Shown here: positions 41,142-54,749 of the stretch, piece after piece | Layout: each line of letters starts with the position of its first letter | How positions within the stretch are numbered: the stretch's first letter is position 1 | NCBI RefSeq assembly: GCF_006345805.1 | Contig: NW_021835480.1 | Coordinates: forward strand, 37,735 to 101,734 | Direction of reading: 5' to 3' | DNA length: 64,000 bases | Origin: Octopus sinensis | Lineage: Eukaryota | Position numbers and translations under genes: made by a program | Notes under the pieces: model-generated | Databases searched by the model: none | The model's input: the letters and a program-made list of their open reading frames with translations, nothing else | Told to the model about the DNA's origin: nothing

Positions 41142-42438
41142 TTAGATCATCAATTATGAAATTTGTAGAAAAGAAAAAAAAGTTTGCTGATATTTTATAA
41201 ATACAAGGAATAGTTTAATCCATCAATGTATGCATTCATATTGTCAGTACACTTTTGCCATTTCAGCGGTAGCTTGTCCAGCCAGGAACTGTAAAATCCT
41301 GACAGTCTAGAATCAATGAAATCTTGGAAGGCCTGTTTTATAGCATCGTCGGTATTAACTTTATTTTTCTTATCAAAAAGTTATCGAAATTCTGGAAAAA
41401 GTGGTAGTCAGTGGAGGCAAGATCAGGTGAGCATGGTGGATGATGGGGGACTTCCAACTCCAACTCTTGTTGTTTCACCAATGTCATTTTTGCGATGTGT
41501 GGACTGGCGTTGTCTTGCAATAAAATAGGAGTAGATCTATTAACTAATCTAGGCTTTATTTGCAAGTTTCTGCATCTTTTGGTCCAGTTGTAAGTTTTTG
41601 CATCATTTGGCCCCAGTTCGGCCGAGATTGCTGAGCCATGTTTAATGAAATCATAATGGATCACACCTGCGCCAGACCACCAAACACACACCATCAGCTT
41701 CTTTTAAAAATATTGCTTTTGGACTGTGCTTTGGTGGCTCGTCTTTGTCCAACCATTGTGCTGAACATTTACGGTTGTTTTATTGGATTGGATCCATTTC
41801 TAATCCCATGTTACAATTCGGTTCAAAAGTGATTCATTTTTGTGACTAGAAAGTAGCATAATGCAGACTTCCAAACTTTGCTGTTTCTGATTTTCATTGA
41901 GTTCATGTGGAACCCACATCCGACTTTTTCCCTTTCCCGATTTGAACTAGGTGAGTCAATATTGTTTGCTTGCTAACACCAAACAACAATAATTCACGGG
42001 CACTTTGAGATGGATCTGACTCGACGGTGGCTTTCCGTTCGTCATTGTACACCTTTGTTTCTGGTCGACTGCGTTGCTCATTTGTGAGGTCAAAGTTACC
42101 AGAACGAAATTTTGCAAACCAATTTGATACTGTATGCAGTGTAATAACATAGAAATGAAATACTCCTTTAACATTCGGAGCTGCCTGTGTTGCTGTATTT
42201 CTAAGAAAGAACTCATATTTCAAAACTGTACAAATTTCCGACTTATTCATCTCTTAACAAAAATAGCAAAAAACGTTTTATAAATACTTTATAAAGCGCA
42301 AAATGAGCTAGAATAAAGAAATAGATGTGTCAACTTTCTAATAAAAATAATGATTGTCAAAATATAATAATGGCACAAAATGAGCAGCTGGCAAAATTTA
42401 CCATATATACCTTACTACAAATTTCGTACTTGACCTAA
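41142..42438 (-). mobile_element. Degenerate near-full-length mariner (Hsmar1/cecropia-like transposase pseudogene)
   Basis: VLKYEF..WFAKFRSGNFDL..HLVQIGK; MVCVWWSGAGVIHYDF; ILLQDNASPH; HPPCSPDLASTDYHFF. Imperfect TIRs TTAGATCATCAATTATGAAATTTGTAG / CTACAAATTTCGTACTTGACCTAA with TA flanks. Confidence 0.88.
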
Positions 42439-43010
42439 TATATAATTCTATTATGTTTAAAAAATTCTCTCGCAAACAGAATTTCATGTAATTGCAGTTC
42501 TCAAGCTAGAAGTCTTCTTTGCTATTTGGTTTGGCCTTATATACATTGCAAAGGGCGTTCACCAGATAGAGTGTAATACTGTTTCATGAGACCGTTGTCT
42601 ATAGTAACCCTTTTGATCCACTTATTACTTCTCTGATGAGTGAATTTCGTTTTCAGTCCTGTCCTAAACTTCTGCACGAGGAAATTTCTTCGTTATATCT
42701 TTTATCGCTTATTTGTTTCAGTAATTGGACTGCGGCCATACTGGGGTATCGCTTTGAAGGGCTTATTTAATTAAACAAATCGACATCAGTACTTATTTTA
42801 AAGTATTTTGCTTATTCTGCCAGTCTCTTTTGCCGGACCAATTGGTAATGGAGACGTAAACAAACCAACAGTGATTGTCAACCGGTGGTGGGGTGCAAAA
42901 ACAAAAACACATATAAGATTATGTATGTATATGTACATACATACGTACAAACATATATATATGTATGTATATATATATAGATATATATATATTATATATA
43001 TATATGTATG

Positions 43011-43045
<35 letters not shown>

Positions 43046-43073
43046 GTATGTATATATATAATATATATATATG

Positions 43074-43125
<52 letters not shown>

Positions 43126-43134
43126 ATATATATA

Positions 43135-43183
<49 letters not shown>

Positions 43184-44494
43184 ATATATTTACACAACTT
43201 GCTTTTGTGCTTTCACACAGTTTCCGTCAGTTAACTCCACATACAAGTGGAGTTTGGCCGGCACGAGACTGTACTAGAAGACACTTGTGCAAAGTGCCGC
43301 GCGGTGGGACCGAACCCCAAATTATATTGTTAGGAATGAAACTTCTTACCACAGAACCATGCCTATCTACGAAATATTTATCCTTACCAGTAACATTGTT
43401 GTACCTACAGTCTGATTTTATTTATTAATGTTTGACTCTATAGGCAGAGTAACTACAAATGTTAAGATTTTACCTATGGATAATATTTCAGTTTTCTTGA
43501 AATTTTCAGGTAACCCCAAATAATTGAATGGGCTTCAAATATTATGATAAAGCCAGCGTGTATAAAAATAACAAAAAGACAGTAACGCTCTGATTATCTC
43601 CAGTATATCATCAGCTGACGAACGCTAGTTACGTATATATAATTTCTAACTCCACATTTTTGCTAGAAATATGGACGCTTGTACACATAAAGGATGTATA
43701 AACTGACATATGCTTTCTAACAAAAATAAAGATTGTAAAAATATAATAATGGCACAAAGTGAGCAGCTGTCAAAATTTACCATATATATACCTTACAACA
43801 ATTTTTGTACTTGATGACCTAATATATAATTCTATTATGTTTGATAAATTCTCTCACTTGTGAGTAGTAAAGAAATAGGTATTTCGTCTGTCTTTATGTT
43901 CTTAGTTCAAATTCATGCGAGGTCGACTTTCCCTTTCATCCTTTCGGAGTCGACAAATTAAGTACAGGTAGCGTACTGGAGTCGATGTAATATACTGGCG
44001 CACTCCTCAAACATTTCGGGCCTTGTGTCTAGAGTAGAATAGAATATTTTTCTTCATCTACACAGAAACACTACTAACTTCTCCAGGATCAACTTTTCAA
44101 ATGACAAAGATTTGATTTGGCTCCTATCCTTTCGCCTGCCTAGTTTGTGTGGTTGAATATAATAGGAGCTTGTTTCTGTCTAATACAGCCTGATGGGTAA
44201 ATGAAATACATAAGCTATTCCACTACAGTAGGGTACGAAATTTTGCATTCTAAAACTGTATATACTCAAAAAATTGTACGACTGTCGAAATGGCTAATAC
44301 TTGAGAATGCTTCTGCTTCTATGGTAGAGGTACAAGCAATTTCAAGCGCAAGATAAATTCTCAAATTTAATGACGTATTTGTGCTTCATTTTATTTAATT
44401 TCCCTGGTTTCGTTGTTTTTAATTTCTTGCAGAATTTGAAGAACTAAGATAATATTCCTTCATTTTTCTGATTAATATTATCATATATATATAT

Positions 44495-44557
<63 letters not shown>

Positions 44558-44600
44558 CATGTATACATAATATATATATATTATATATATATATACATGT

Positions 44601-44651
<51 letters not shown>

Positions 44652-44908
44652 AATGGTATTATTAAAATACCATCACAAGTGGTAAGCGAATTATTAGCCG
44701 TACAGGCAAATTAATAAAATATATACATACAATATTAGATATGTACATATATACAAAAGGGTACTACATGAATACCTATATCGCTAATTATGGAAGTCAA
44801 AAAAATACTTCTGTAACCGAAAAGTCACAAATTTATTACAGACAAGATAGGAAAAAATATCAGTGAACAATAATAATGTCTTACCTCAAATGGGTCAGAA
44901 CAAGTAAA

Positions 44909-44966
44909 TTCGGTACCGGTTTCGAAATTTAGCACCACCTAGACGCGTGATTTCTCATCAGCCAAA
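44909..44966 (-). ncRNA. Type I minimal hammerhead ribozyme
   Basis: UUUGG-CUGAUGA-GAAAU..AUUUC-GAA-ACCGGU-A-CCGAA: intact core, 5-bp stem I, stem II, palindromic stem III, GUA site. Confidence 0.8.
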
Positions 44967-45335
44967 GTCCGCCAGCTAAACAACTACTAATGTTCTCTCC
45001 CATCATGCCTGCGAAAGTTCGTTTAAAGTGAACAAGCACCGTACGAACAAATGAAATGCGTAAAATTATTTATAAATAAATATAGAGATGGTATTATTAA
45101 AATACCATCACAAGTGGTAAGCGAATTATTAGTCGTACAGGCAAATTAATAAAATATATACATACAATATTAGATATGTACATATATACAAAAGGGCACT
45201 ACATGAGTACCTATATCGCTAATTATAGAAGTAAAAAAATACTTCTGTACCACCGAAAAGTCACAAATCTATTGCAGACAAGATAGGAAAAAATATCAGT
45301 GAACAATAATAATGTCTTACCTGAAGTGGGTCAAC

Positions 45336-45386
45336 TCGGTACCGGTTTCGAAAATTAGCGTCACCTAGACGCGTGATTTCTCATCA

Positions 45387-45390
<4 letters not shown>
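45336..45390 (-). ncRNA. Type I minimal hammerhead ribozyme, second copy
   Basis: UGG-CUGAUGA-GAAA..GCGUC-UAGGU-GACGC..UUUC-GAA-ACCGGU-A-CCG. Confidence 0.75.
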
Positions 45391-45439
<49 letters not shown>

Positions 45440-46078
45440 CCACACAAACATATATATGTGCATATATACATACTCATGTAAGTGTGTATTCTTATATATG
45501 TCTGTATGCATATACATGTACGGCGGCGGAGGCATCGAAGGCCGTGGAGGCAGTGGAGCTGGCGGAGGCGGTAGTGGCTGTAGTTATGGTGGTGGTGTGG
45601 TGGTGGTGGTGGTGTGGTGGTGGTGGTGATGGTGGGGTTCTCCGTACACTAACGGTAAAGCAAATGATAATACGAAAATTAATTTGGAAGAGATCGGGTA
45701 AATATGGTTTTTGTATGTTGTGAAATGTAGAAAAACCGAAAAAAAAAACAGAGAAATAGGGAAGGAGAAAGTAAGATGGAAGAACGAACAAGAAAAGAAG
45801 CATTGCAAAGAGAAACACAAGTGTGTTTGTGTGGTGTGTATGTGCGTGTGTTGTAGGTGTGAGGTGGAAGAAACAAAATGAGATGCGGGTGGTCCATTGG
45901 AAGGTATATATAGTCATAAGAAAATGTTCAATCTCTTATTAATACGTGACGCTTAATTAGAACTTTTCTTTGGATTACAACAACAAAATTTGCTGTGGTG
46001 TTATTTGTGTTAATAGTGCTGGTGGCGGTCATAGTTTTGTGGCTACTGCTAGTGGTAGTGTTGGCGGAACTGATAATG

Positions 46079-46158
<80 letters not shown>

Positions 46159-46168
46159 ATATTATATA

Positions 46169-46207
<39 letters not shown>

Positions 46208-46339
46208 AATAAATATATTTAAGAGAAAAATTGATGTTTTTCTCTTATGAGTTTTTTCACGCTAACTGCTTGATTAATTCGTATAAAGATTTTATCCTAT
46301 TTTAAAATTGCATACATAGATAGATGGATAGATAGATAA

Positions 46340-46425
<86 letters not shown>

Positions 46426-47081
46426 TGATATACATATACATATATGCATATATGGGTACAGGACGTCACCAACTGTGCAAACAACATGAAATCTGTAAAC
46501 AACAAGAGAGAGTAATGGAAAACAAGACATGTAAACACAGAGAAAGGACCCTCCAGCGGCTGTCGGCTAACTATCTTCTCCTCATTTCGAGCATTCAACA
46601 GCAAAATGAGTTTTCAACGACAGTTGCTACCACAAATTCCAAAATAAAATGTTAGTATTTATGGAAAGATCAATGCTGGGAACAAAAACAGGACAGTGGA
46701 GACATACCAGGAAATCGAACGAAGAGAAACATGGAGGTTCGTTAAACCGGAACGAGACGAAAATAGTGAGAGATGGGGGAAATATTTTCTTTGAAAGAAG
46801 AAAAGATAGAAGAGAGAAAAAAACGTCCAGTCTTTTAAACGTCCGTGCAGGAAAAGAAAGATGGTCATGTGAGAAAAAGAAAGATGGACAGTGGTCACGT
46901 GTGAGCAACGAGAGAGAAAAAAGAGAAAGAAAGGAGAGAGAGACAGATAGAAAATGGTGAAAGAGGGAGAGGTAGTAAAAGGGAACTAGAGAAGGATGGA
47001 GGAAGCAAACAGTATAGAGTCGTAGCAAAAAGGTGAAGATAAATTTACTTGAAAATTGATGCGTCGCGTTCAATTAAATAA

Positions 47082-47203
<122 letters not shown>

Positions 47204-48610
47204 GAATATGGGTACAGCGAGTAGCCACATCAAATTGACAGATTGAATGCTACTATTAGTTTAACCCCAGGCGGATTCTCTGCCAGCTGGTTTTCGGTGC
47301 AAGCTCTGCACCGTTTATATGCATTGCATTGCTAGCAAGGAGAGCGAACCCCTACTACCCTCCAACAGCTGACAGGATCGTGAACCGGTCGGTTTCGAGT
47401 TATTTGGCTCGCGTCAGCCTCGCGCACCCGTGCAGTGGAGTGTAGCCAAGATCCGCTTCTGCCAGCAAAGAGCAAAATAACTAGTACTAAAATCTCAAGA
47501 AGAGATGGAGTAGTAACGTATATTAAACTAGTAATGTATACTAAACTACTCTATCTTTTCTTGCGATTTTATATTTCTAATTTGTATTAGTTTATTTTTC
47601 TTTTTATATCACATTGTTCTTTGTGGGAGGAGTTTCTTCGTTTTAGAGATATTGTTTTCTTTTAAATTTCATTTTGGGCCATAAGTTAATGCTATTTTAT
47701 ATTCGATGTTTCTATTTTAATAATAAACAGGTATTAGTGCCACGAGCACATTATGCTAATATTTTGGTCCTGCTGCCACTCAATAGTTTTCCAGACAGTC
47801 TTTGTGTTTTTAAAGCTGTTGACACTGCTGGATTGAATGGTCCTGCCCGGGTGTCGAAACCATAGTGTTATGCGTCGTGCAGCTGAAGATGGGAATCGAT
47901 GTTTGATATGCTTGTTTGTGAATCTTTTATACCTTGGGGTCTCGATATTCTGAATTAACCTCAATTCTGGTAAGGTTGGACATGCTTTTGAGTACAAGAT
48001 TTATCCTGATTACATATATTAATATTGCTTCATTGACTTCGTAGATAATCTTAATTGATGGTTTCTAGTTTTTGGAGGTTTTATAGCATATAAATATACA
48101 TACATATATTCATAAATACATACATACATTTATGCATGTATATATATATGTATGTGTGTATGTATGAGTGAATGCATGTATGTGTGTGTGTGTGTACATA
48201 TATATATGTATAGACGGATGTACGAACGTATGTACATTTGTAAGTATGTATGAGGGGTATACAAACAGCAATATATGAAGGAAAAACCGATAACATGAAC
48301 TTTGACGGGGTACGAACACCGAACATGTTGCATTCTGGGGGACTGTGTTATATATTACATCAGACAGATCTTGTCTGAAAGATTTATATTTTAACGTTGC
48401 CAACTTCGCTGTAACCGCACCTAGCGTAAGTAAAAAAATACATATATTTTATGACATGAAAGAAAATATTACCAACTTGCCATATTTTGCCATCTACGCA
48501 CCTATACAAAACAAAACATTTTGTTCTATTCTGAGAACATATTAAATCGCAATTCAGAACCCATAATTTTCGAGAGTATTACAACTTAATTATTATACAA
48601 AATTTAAATA

Positions 48611-49176
48611 TTGGGTTGTCCGGAAAGTTCGTGCCGATTTTTAAAGGAAAGAAAAGGGTCAATAAATACTTGCCATTACATTTTTAATCAACCAAATATC
48701 AACCATTTTGTTGCACAATGCGTCTTCATCTTTCATTTAACTTGAAAATACCCTCTTCCCAGAATTGAGGTGGGTACATGTCAAAGAATTCACCAAGGTA
48801 TCTTTTTACGTCATCCAAGGAATTAAAATTTTACCATTAAGACTATTCTGTAGAGATCTGAATAAGTGGAAATCCGAAGGAGCAATATCTGGTGAATATG
48901 GAGGGTGGGGTAACACATTATCATCGAGCTGCAGCAATTTTTGTCTGGATCCCAAAGCATCAAGTGCTGAAAATGAACTTTCTTATCTTCCATTTTAAAG
49001 GGTTACAGAATTAACACAGGTTTTAGGAATATAAACCTTCTTCCACAAAAAGATAGCTTAAACTATGCTCTAAACAGAGGTGTAGTCAAATCGTATTTTA
49101 TGAACTCAACACGTTCTAAAATAAGTCGAAAAAGAAAAGCTACTGTAAATCGGCACGAACTTTCCGGACAACCCAA
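48611..49176 (-). mobile_element. Internally deleted mariner (MITE-like) with perfect 30-bp TIRs
   Basis: TTGGGTTGTCCGGAAAGTTCGTGCCGATTT at both ends, TA TSD; retains the transposase C-terminal PPYSPDIAPSDFHLF region. Confidence 0.92.
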
Positions 49177-49674
49177 TACATACACTCTGTCTATTACTCC
49201 TTATGAATATCATTGAAGAAAATTAACCCTGGATATAATATTCATTGATCCATAGGCCGTAAGCCCTAATATCGCATACATTCAATCCTAATATGCAATA
49301 CTAATATCGCATTTATATTGTTCAAACACTCCATTTTCAGTACATCACAACGCTGCATCAAACCCTTCTTTCTCTTCCATTCACACAAAATAAAACACTA
49401 ACCTAAACACACCAAGTAGCACACGACATTTCATATTTTGCTGTCCTTTCTGAATGAGTCTATTTGTGACCAGTCCATTATACATTTTTTTATAAACTAT
49501 TTCTGTGAATACAAGTAAGTTCTATGAATATACACTATAGGCATAAGACGGACATCTGAGTCGCCCTAGCGATGGTTCAGCTTCAATTAAATGATATGTA
49601 TATATACGGAGAGAGAGAGAGAGGGGGGGAGTGAGAGATACGTATATACATACATGCATACACACGCACATATA

Positions 49675-50083
49675 CTCTTTTACTCTTTTACTCTTTTACT
49701 TGTTTCAGTCATTTGACTGCGGCCATGCTGGAGCACCGCCTTTAATCGAGCAACTCGACCCCGGGACTTATTCTTTTGTAAGCCCAGTACTTATTCTATC
49801 GATCTCTTTTGCCGAACCGCTAAGTAACGGGGACATAAACACACCAGCATCGGTCGTCAAGCAATGCTAGGGGGACAAACACAGACACACATACATACAC
49901 GCACACATATACATATATATACATATATACGACGGGCTTCTTTTCAGTTTCCGTCTACCAAATCCACTCACAAGGCTTTGGTTGGCCCGAGGCTATAGTA
50001 GAAGACACTTGCCCAAGGTGCCACGCAGTGGGACTGAACCCGGAACCATGTGGTTGGTAAACAAGCTACTTACCACACAGCCA
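49675..50083 (-). mobile_element. SINE family A, young copy
   Basis: High similarity to 25698-26203 in reverse orientation. Confidence 0.88.
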
Positions 50084-50177
50084 ATGTATAATGTTCATGT
50101 GTGTGTCTGTGTACATACATACATACATATATATGCGTGTGCGTGCATATATATATATATGTATACGTGTGTCTATG

Positions 50178-50217
<40 letters not shown>

Positions 50218-51200
50218 TATACGTACCCCCTACACACACACACATATCGGTGTCGCTTTCTCCCTATAGTTTTCTTTTTCTTTCTGTCTTTCTACCCCAT
50301 CTTCGTTATTTTCCTACTTTATCCTTTCCTTGTTTTCTCTCTCTTTTCCTGTACCTCTACGCCGTTCTCTATTGCCGTCTTTACGCATATCTTCATGTAT
50401 AGTTCTCTCTTTTTGCATTCATTTTCATCTATTCCTCCTCCTATCAACATCTTCTTGTACACTATGTTTTCTATTAGCCGTATACCCCTTATTCTTTTCA
50501 TTTTCTCTTCTCTTTATATTCTTTTGCTCTCTCTCTTTCTCCATCATTTTGTCACTCTTTCCTTCTTTCCTATATTCACACATAAACACAAAATATGTAG
50601 GAAATTTCTAAATAAATAAATACATGCATACATAAATATATACATACATATGTGCATACATGTATAAATAAGCCCAAAGTATACTTTATAATGATGCTTT
50701 TATTATAACGATTTTCTCACAGCGTGGCGCTTGATCTCGAGGCGAAAGTCTCATATTGATAGCTTTAAATATACAAAGATCATGCCCTCCCTCACACACA
50801 CACATACATGCATATACGTACATATATATATACCTGTGATGTAACGATCACGTGATACTTGATTTATGTAAACAACTTCCTGCAATTCTCTCGGACTAGT
50901 GTGCTTGAGTGTTAATGTGAGGGAATGAGTATGAGAGACTGAATGGGAGAGAGAAGGAAACAAGTAGGAGAGAGGAAGAGAGGGAGAAGGAGAGAGACAG
51001 AGAGAGAAAGAGGGGTAGAAAGAGAAAGAGAGAGAGAATCAAAATAGTTTAGAAACGCTACACACGTATCCCGTATTCACAAGTTTGCATTCAGTATTCA
51101 ATATGAAAAGAAAGGAAGAACGTGAAGGCTAAAGAGAAAACAAAAGCAAATACAGTCGTATGTGTGAGTGTGTGGGTGTGTATTTATGTACATGCGTATA

Positions 51201-51296
<96 letters not shown>

Positions 51297-51469
51297 GTAT
51301 GTATGTATGTATATACATGTTTATATATCATAATAGATATATTATATATCTATATTTATATTGCATATATATTACATGTATGTATATGTGTAAGTATATG
51401 TGTGTGTATATGTATTTATACATACACTTATATATATTATATATACACACACACACACATTCACACACG

Positions 51470-51502
<33 letters not shown>

Positions 51503-52204
51503 GGTAGAATGACGGAAAATATGATATAGTGAGATGGAGGGGGGATTGCATAGAAATAGATAAAAATGGAGTGACAGACAAGCAGGAATCTTTGAAAAAA
51601 CAAAAAGGAAAGCTAAAGGAATAAAAATTGAGAGGTGGTTAGAGAAAGTTAGAAAACAAGATAGATCTTGTTGTCAATACATATGCCCAGGGGCAAAGCG
51701 ATTATGTCAAATAGAGCATAAATGAAAATTACTGACACCTCGACTCGTGTATTTATTTTTTACATTTATGTATTTCTTATATATGTATTTTTATAGATGT
51801 TTACGTTTATGTACTTATTTATTTATATTTATCATATATTTATTTCTATTATTTCTTATGTATGTGTTTAGCTTTGTCAGCCAAAGATAAAAAGAAAAAC
51901 AGAAAGAAAGACAGAGAGAGAAATGCGTGCATTTGTTTAAGTTCTGTGTCCACACGTGCAGTTTCTTCTCCGTATTTGTGTTTTACCCTCCGCAACGTTT
52001 TATGCTTCTTTAAATTAGTAATCTGCGTACTGACTTCACCCAAACCCACCCGGTACGCCATCCGCTTCTACTCATCTCGTCTCACTGGCATATATAATCA
52101 CTGGCATATATATATATATAAATATATAAAGTAATATGTATATCTAAAGATATGCATGCACAATGCAATGCATATAAAATGATATATATATATATCTGTG
52201 TATA

Positions 52205-52233
<29 letters not shown>

Positions 52234-52236
<3 letters not shown>

Positions 52237-52500
52237 GAGGCGTGTGGCTTAGTGGTTAGGGTGTCAGCATCATGATCGTAAGATTGTGGTTTCGATTCCT
52301 GAACCAGGCGACGCATTGCGTTCTTGAGCAAAACACTTCATTTCACGTTGCTCCAGTCCACTCAGCTGGCAAAAATGAGTAACGCGCTGCGATGGACTGG
52401 CTTTTCGTCCAGCTGGGGAACACATACGCCATAGAAACCGGCAAACTGGGCCCATGAGCCTGGCTAGGCTTTAAAAGGGCGCATTTATTATTTATTATTA
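52234..52500 (+). mobile_element. tRNA-derived SINE, family D head/core with tail type 2
   Basis: TGGCTTAGTGGTTAG..GGTTTCGATTCC head, TTCTTGAGCAAAACACTT core, same tail as the C2 SINEs. Confidence 0.8.
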
Positions 52501-52501
52501 T

Positions 52502-52572
<71 letters not shown>

Positions 52573-52914
52573 GTATATATATTTATGTATGTATTTATGT
52601 GTGTGTGTGTGTATAAAGGTGGCGAGCTAGCAGAATCTTTAACATGTAGAGTAAAATGCTTAGCGGACTTTGTCCACCTTTATGCTCTGAGTTCAAATTC
52701 TGCAGAGATCAGCTTTACCATTCATACTTTCGAGGTCGAAAAAATAAGTACCAGTTGAACACTGGGGTCGATGTAATCGAATTACCACTGCCCTCGAAAT
52801 TTCTGTCCTAGTGCCAAAAAGTGAAAGTAATACATATATGTATATAATATTGTATATTTACTTTATATATAATATTTAAATTTAATGATATGAAAATGCA
52901 CAGTATATGTATAA

Positions 52915-53722
52915 CGAAGCCTCTAGGCACAGATTGACATTGAACTCTGCTGTGCATGCGCACAAAGTTTTAACGTTTTAGCTCACTTCAGCTGTTTACA
53001 GCAGTGCTTGGAAGTGAGATGTGTAGCATGTGATCGTCGCATTGACCATGATAAAGGAAGTTGTCATGGTGATAACTGCTCAGAGGCTTTCGCAAAGTTT
53101 CAGAAAGTGCATGGAGAGGTATATGTGAGTAGCACACAAGTGTACGAGTGGTTCAGACGAAAAACTGTCGATAGTGACGAAAATTCTGGAAGCCCCACAA
53201 CCAACAGAACTGAGAAAAACATCGCAGATGTCTGTGTGCAGCTGTGAGGGGAAATCGTAAAATCATTATCCGTGAATTATCAGAGGATGCACGGAGTAGT
53301 TACGGTTCAGTTCAGCTTGTTATCACTGATAATTTGGGTGGGAGATGCGTGTCTGCCAAGTTTGAGTCAAAACTGCTTTCAGATAACCAAAAAGACACTC
53401 GAGTTTCTGTAGCACAAGATCTCCTTGATAGTGTCAAGAACGATGAAAACTTTTTGAAAACTTTGAGTAGTCCTGTGGGCAGGTATCGCCAAGCTTTTGG
53501 CAAAATTTGATGCAGATTCTCTGCACAGCTTTCTCTGTCATGTGACGAACACATCTTACTTCCAAGCACTGCTGTAAACAGCGGAAGTGAGCTGGAACGT
53601 TAAAACTTAGTGCGCATGCACAGCAGATTTCATGGTCAATCTGTGCTAAGCAGCTTTACTCTGCGTGCTTTAGCTTTGTTACTATGGCAACAGTCGTCCG
53701 GATACTTATAGATCAGACCACG
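52915..53722 (+). mobile_element. Deleted mariner (irritans-like N-terminus) with long inverted repeats
   Basis: VHGEVYVSSTQVYEWF..SGSPTT..IIIRELSED..SYGSVQ..VSAKFESKLL; ~95-bp inverted arms at 52927-53022 and 53550-53646. Confidence 0.8.
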
Positions 53723-53783
53723 TGTGTGTGTGTGTGTGTGTAAAATTCAAACATACAGTAGTTTGCAAAATAGAAAACTATAA

Positions 53784-53985
53784 CTGTCACTAAATGCGAC
53801 TAGGATGTAAGAACCTAGTCGCTAAAAATAAGAGTTAAAATGCTCTAATGTTCTAGGTGTACATATATATTTCCTGTCTACATATATGTACACAATTATG
53901 TGCGTTCACTACAGCATTGGAGCATTTTAACTCTTATTTCTAGCAATTTAGATGTTTCTAACACCCTTGTCGTATTTAGTGACAA
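53784..53985. repeat. Fold-back element/MITE (~70-bp imperfect arms)
   Basis: tgtcactaaatgcgac..aataagagttaaaatgctc is mirrored by gagcattttaactcttatt..gtcgtatttagtgaca. Confidence 0.8.
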
Positions 53986-54241
53986 TAATATATATAAAGG
54001 ATAAAGCCCCTATCCCGAGGCATATAGTCTCATACAGCCAGTTTCTCGGCTTCTGTGGAGTAGATATTATCTCCTGGACAGGACGCAAGAATGCTCATTT
54101 TGCTAGGAGAGTGGACTGGAGGGATGTGAAATGAAGTGTTTTGTTCAAAAAACGCAACGCATCACCCGGTCCAAGAATCGAAACAACAACCTAAAGACCA
54201 TGAATCCAACATACTAACCATCGACCACGCGCCTCCACATA

Positions 54242-54476
54242 CAAGGTGCGGCAGAAAAGTTGCCCCGATTTCAAAGGTTAATAAAAAAAAACAAAGGCGT
54301 GAAGATGTACGAAAAAAACTTTGCATTTCTATAAAGTTCATTAAATGCCATTTTTTTGTTTCAGGTAGTACGCACCATGGCCTTGAATGTAGAGCACCGT
54401 TTTTTTTTTTGTATCTTCATGTGCTTGTTTTTTTTACTAACCTTTATAATCGGGGCAACCTTTCTATTGCACCTTG
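54242..54476. mobile_element. Tc1/mariner-type MITE
   Basis: ~45-bp imperfect TIRs CAAGGTGCGGCAGAAAAGTTGCCCCGATT..; TA TSD. Confidence 0.82.
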
Positions 54477-54749
54477 TATGTGTGTGCGTGTCTGTGTATG
54501 CGTGCGTGCGTGTGTGCGTATGCGTGCGTGTGTGTGTGTGTGTTTGTGTGTGTTTGTGTGTCTGTGTTTCTCACCCCACCATCGCTTGACAACCAATGTA
54601 ACTTAGCGGTTCGGCAAAATAGACCGATAGAATAGGTACTAGGCTTACAAAGAATAAGTCCTGGGGTCGATTTGTTCGACTTAAGGCCGGTGCTACAGCA
54701 TGGCCGCAGTCAAATGACTGAAACAAATAAAAGAATAAAAGAATATACA

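Larger units (their letters stand above)
44653..45390 (-). repeat. Tandem repeat (period 435 bp, ~1.7 units), Penelope-pLTR/retrozyme-like
   Basis: Units start at 44653 and 45088 (atggtattattaaaataccat); each contains a hammerhead motif. Confidence 0.85.

Noticed and set aside
47380-47422. Hammerhead-like CTGACGC..GAAACCG on the minus strand
   Set aside because: Core A9 is substituted and stem I is unconvincing; at most a decayed Penelope remnant.
51849-52061. ORF MAYRVGLGEVSTQITNLKKHK.. as a standalone gene
   Set aside because: Short, no recognisable homology, and it ends in low-complexity sequence; kept only as a possible exon.
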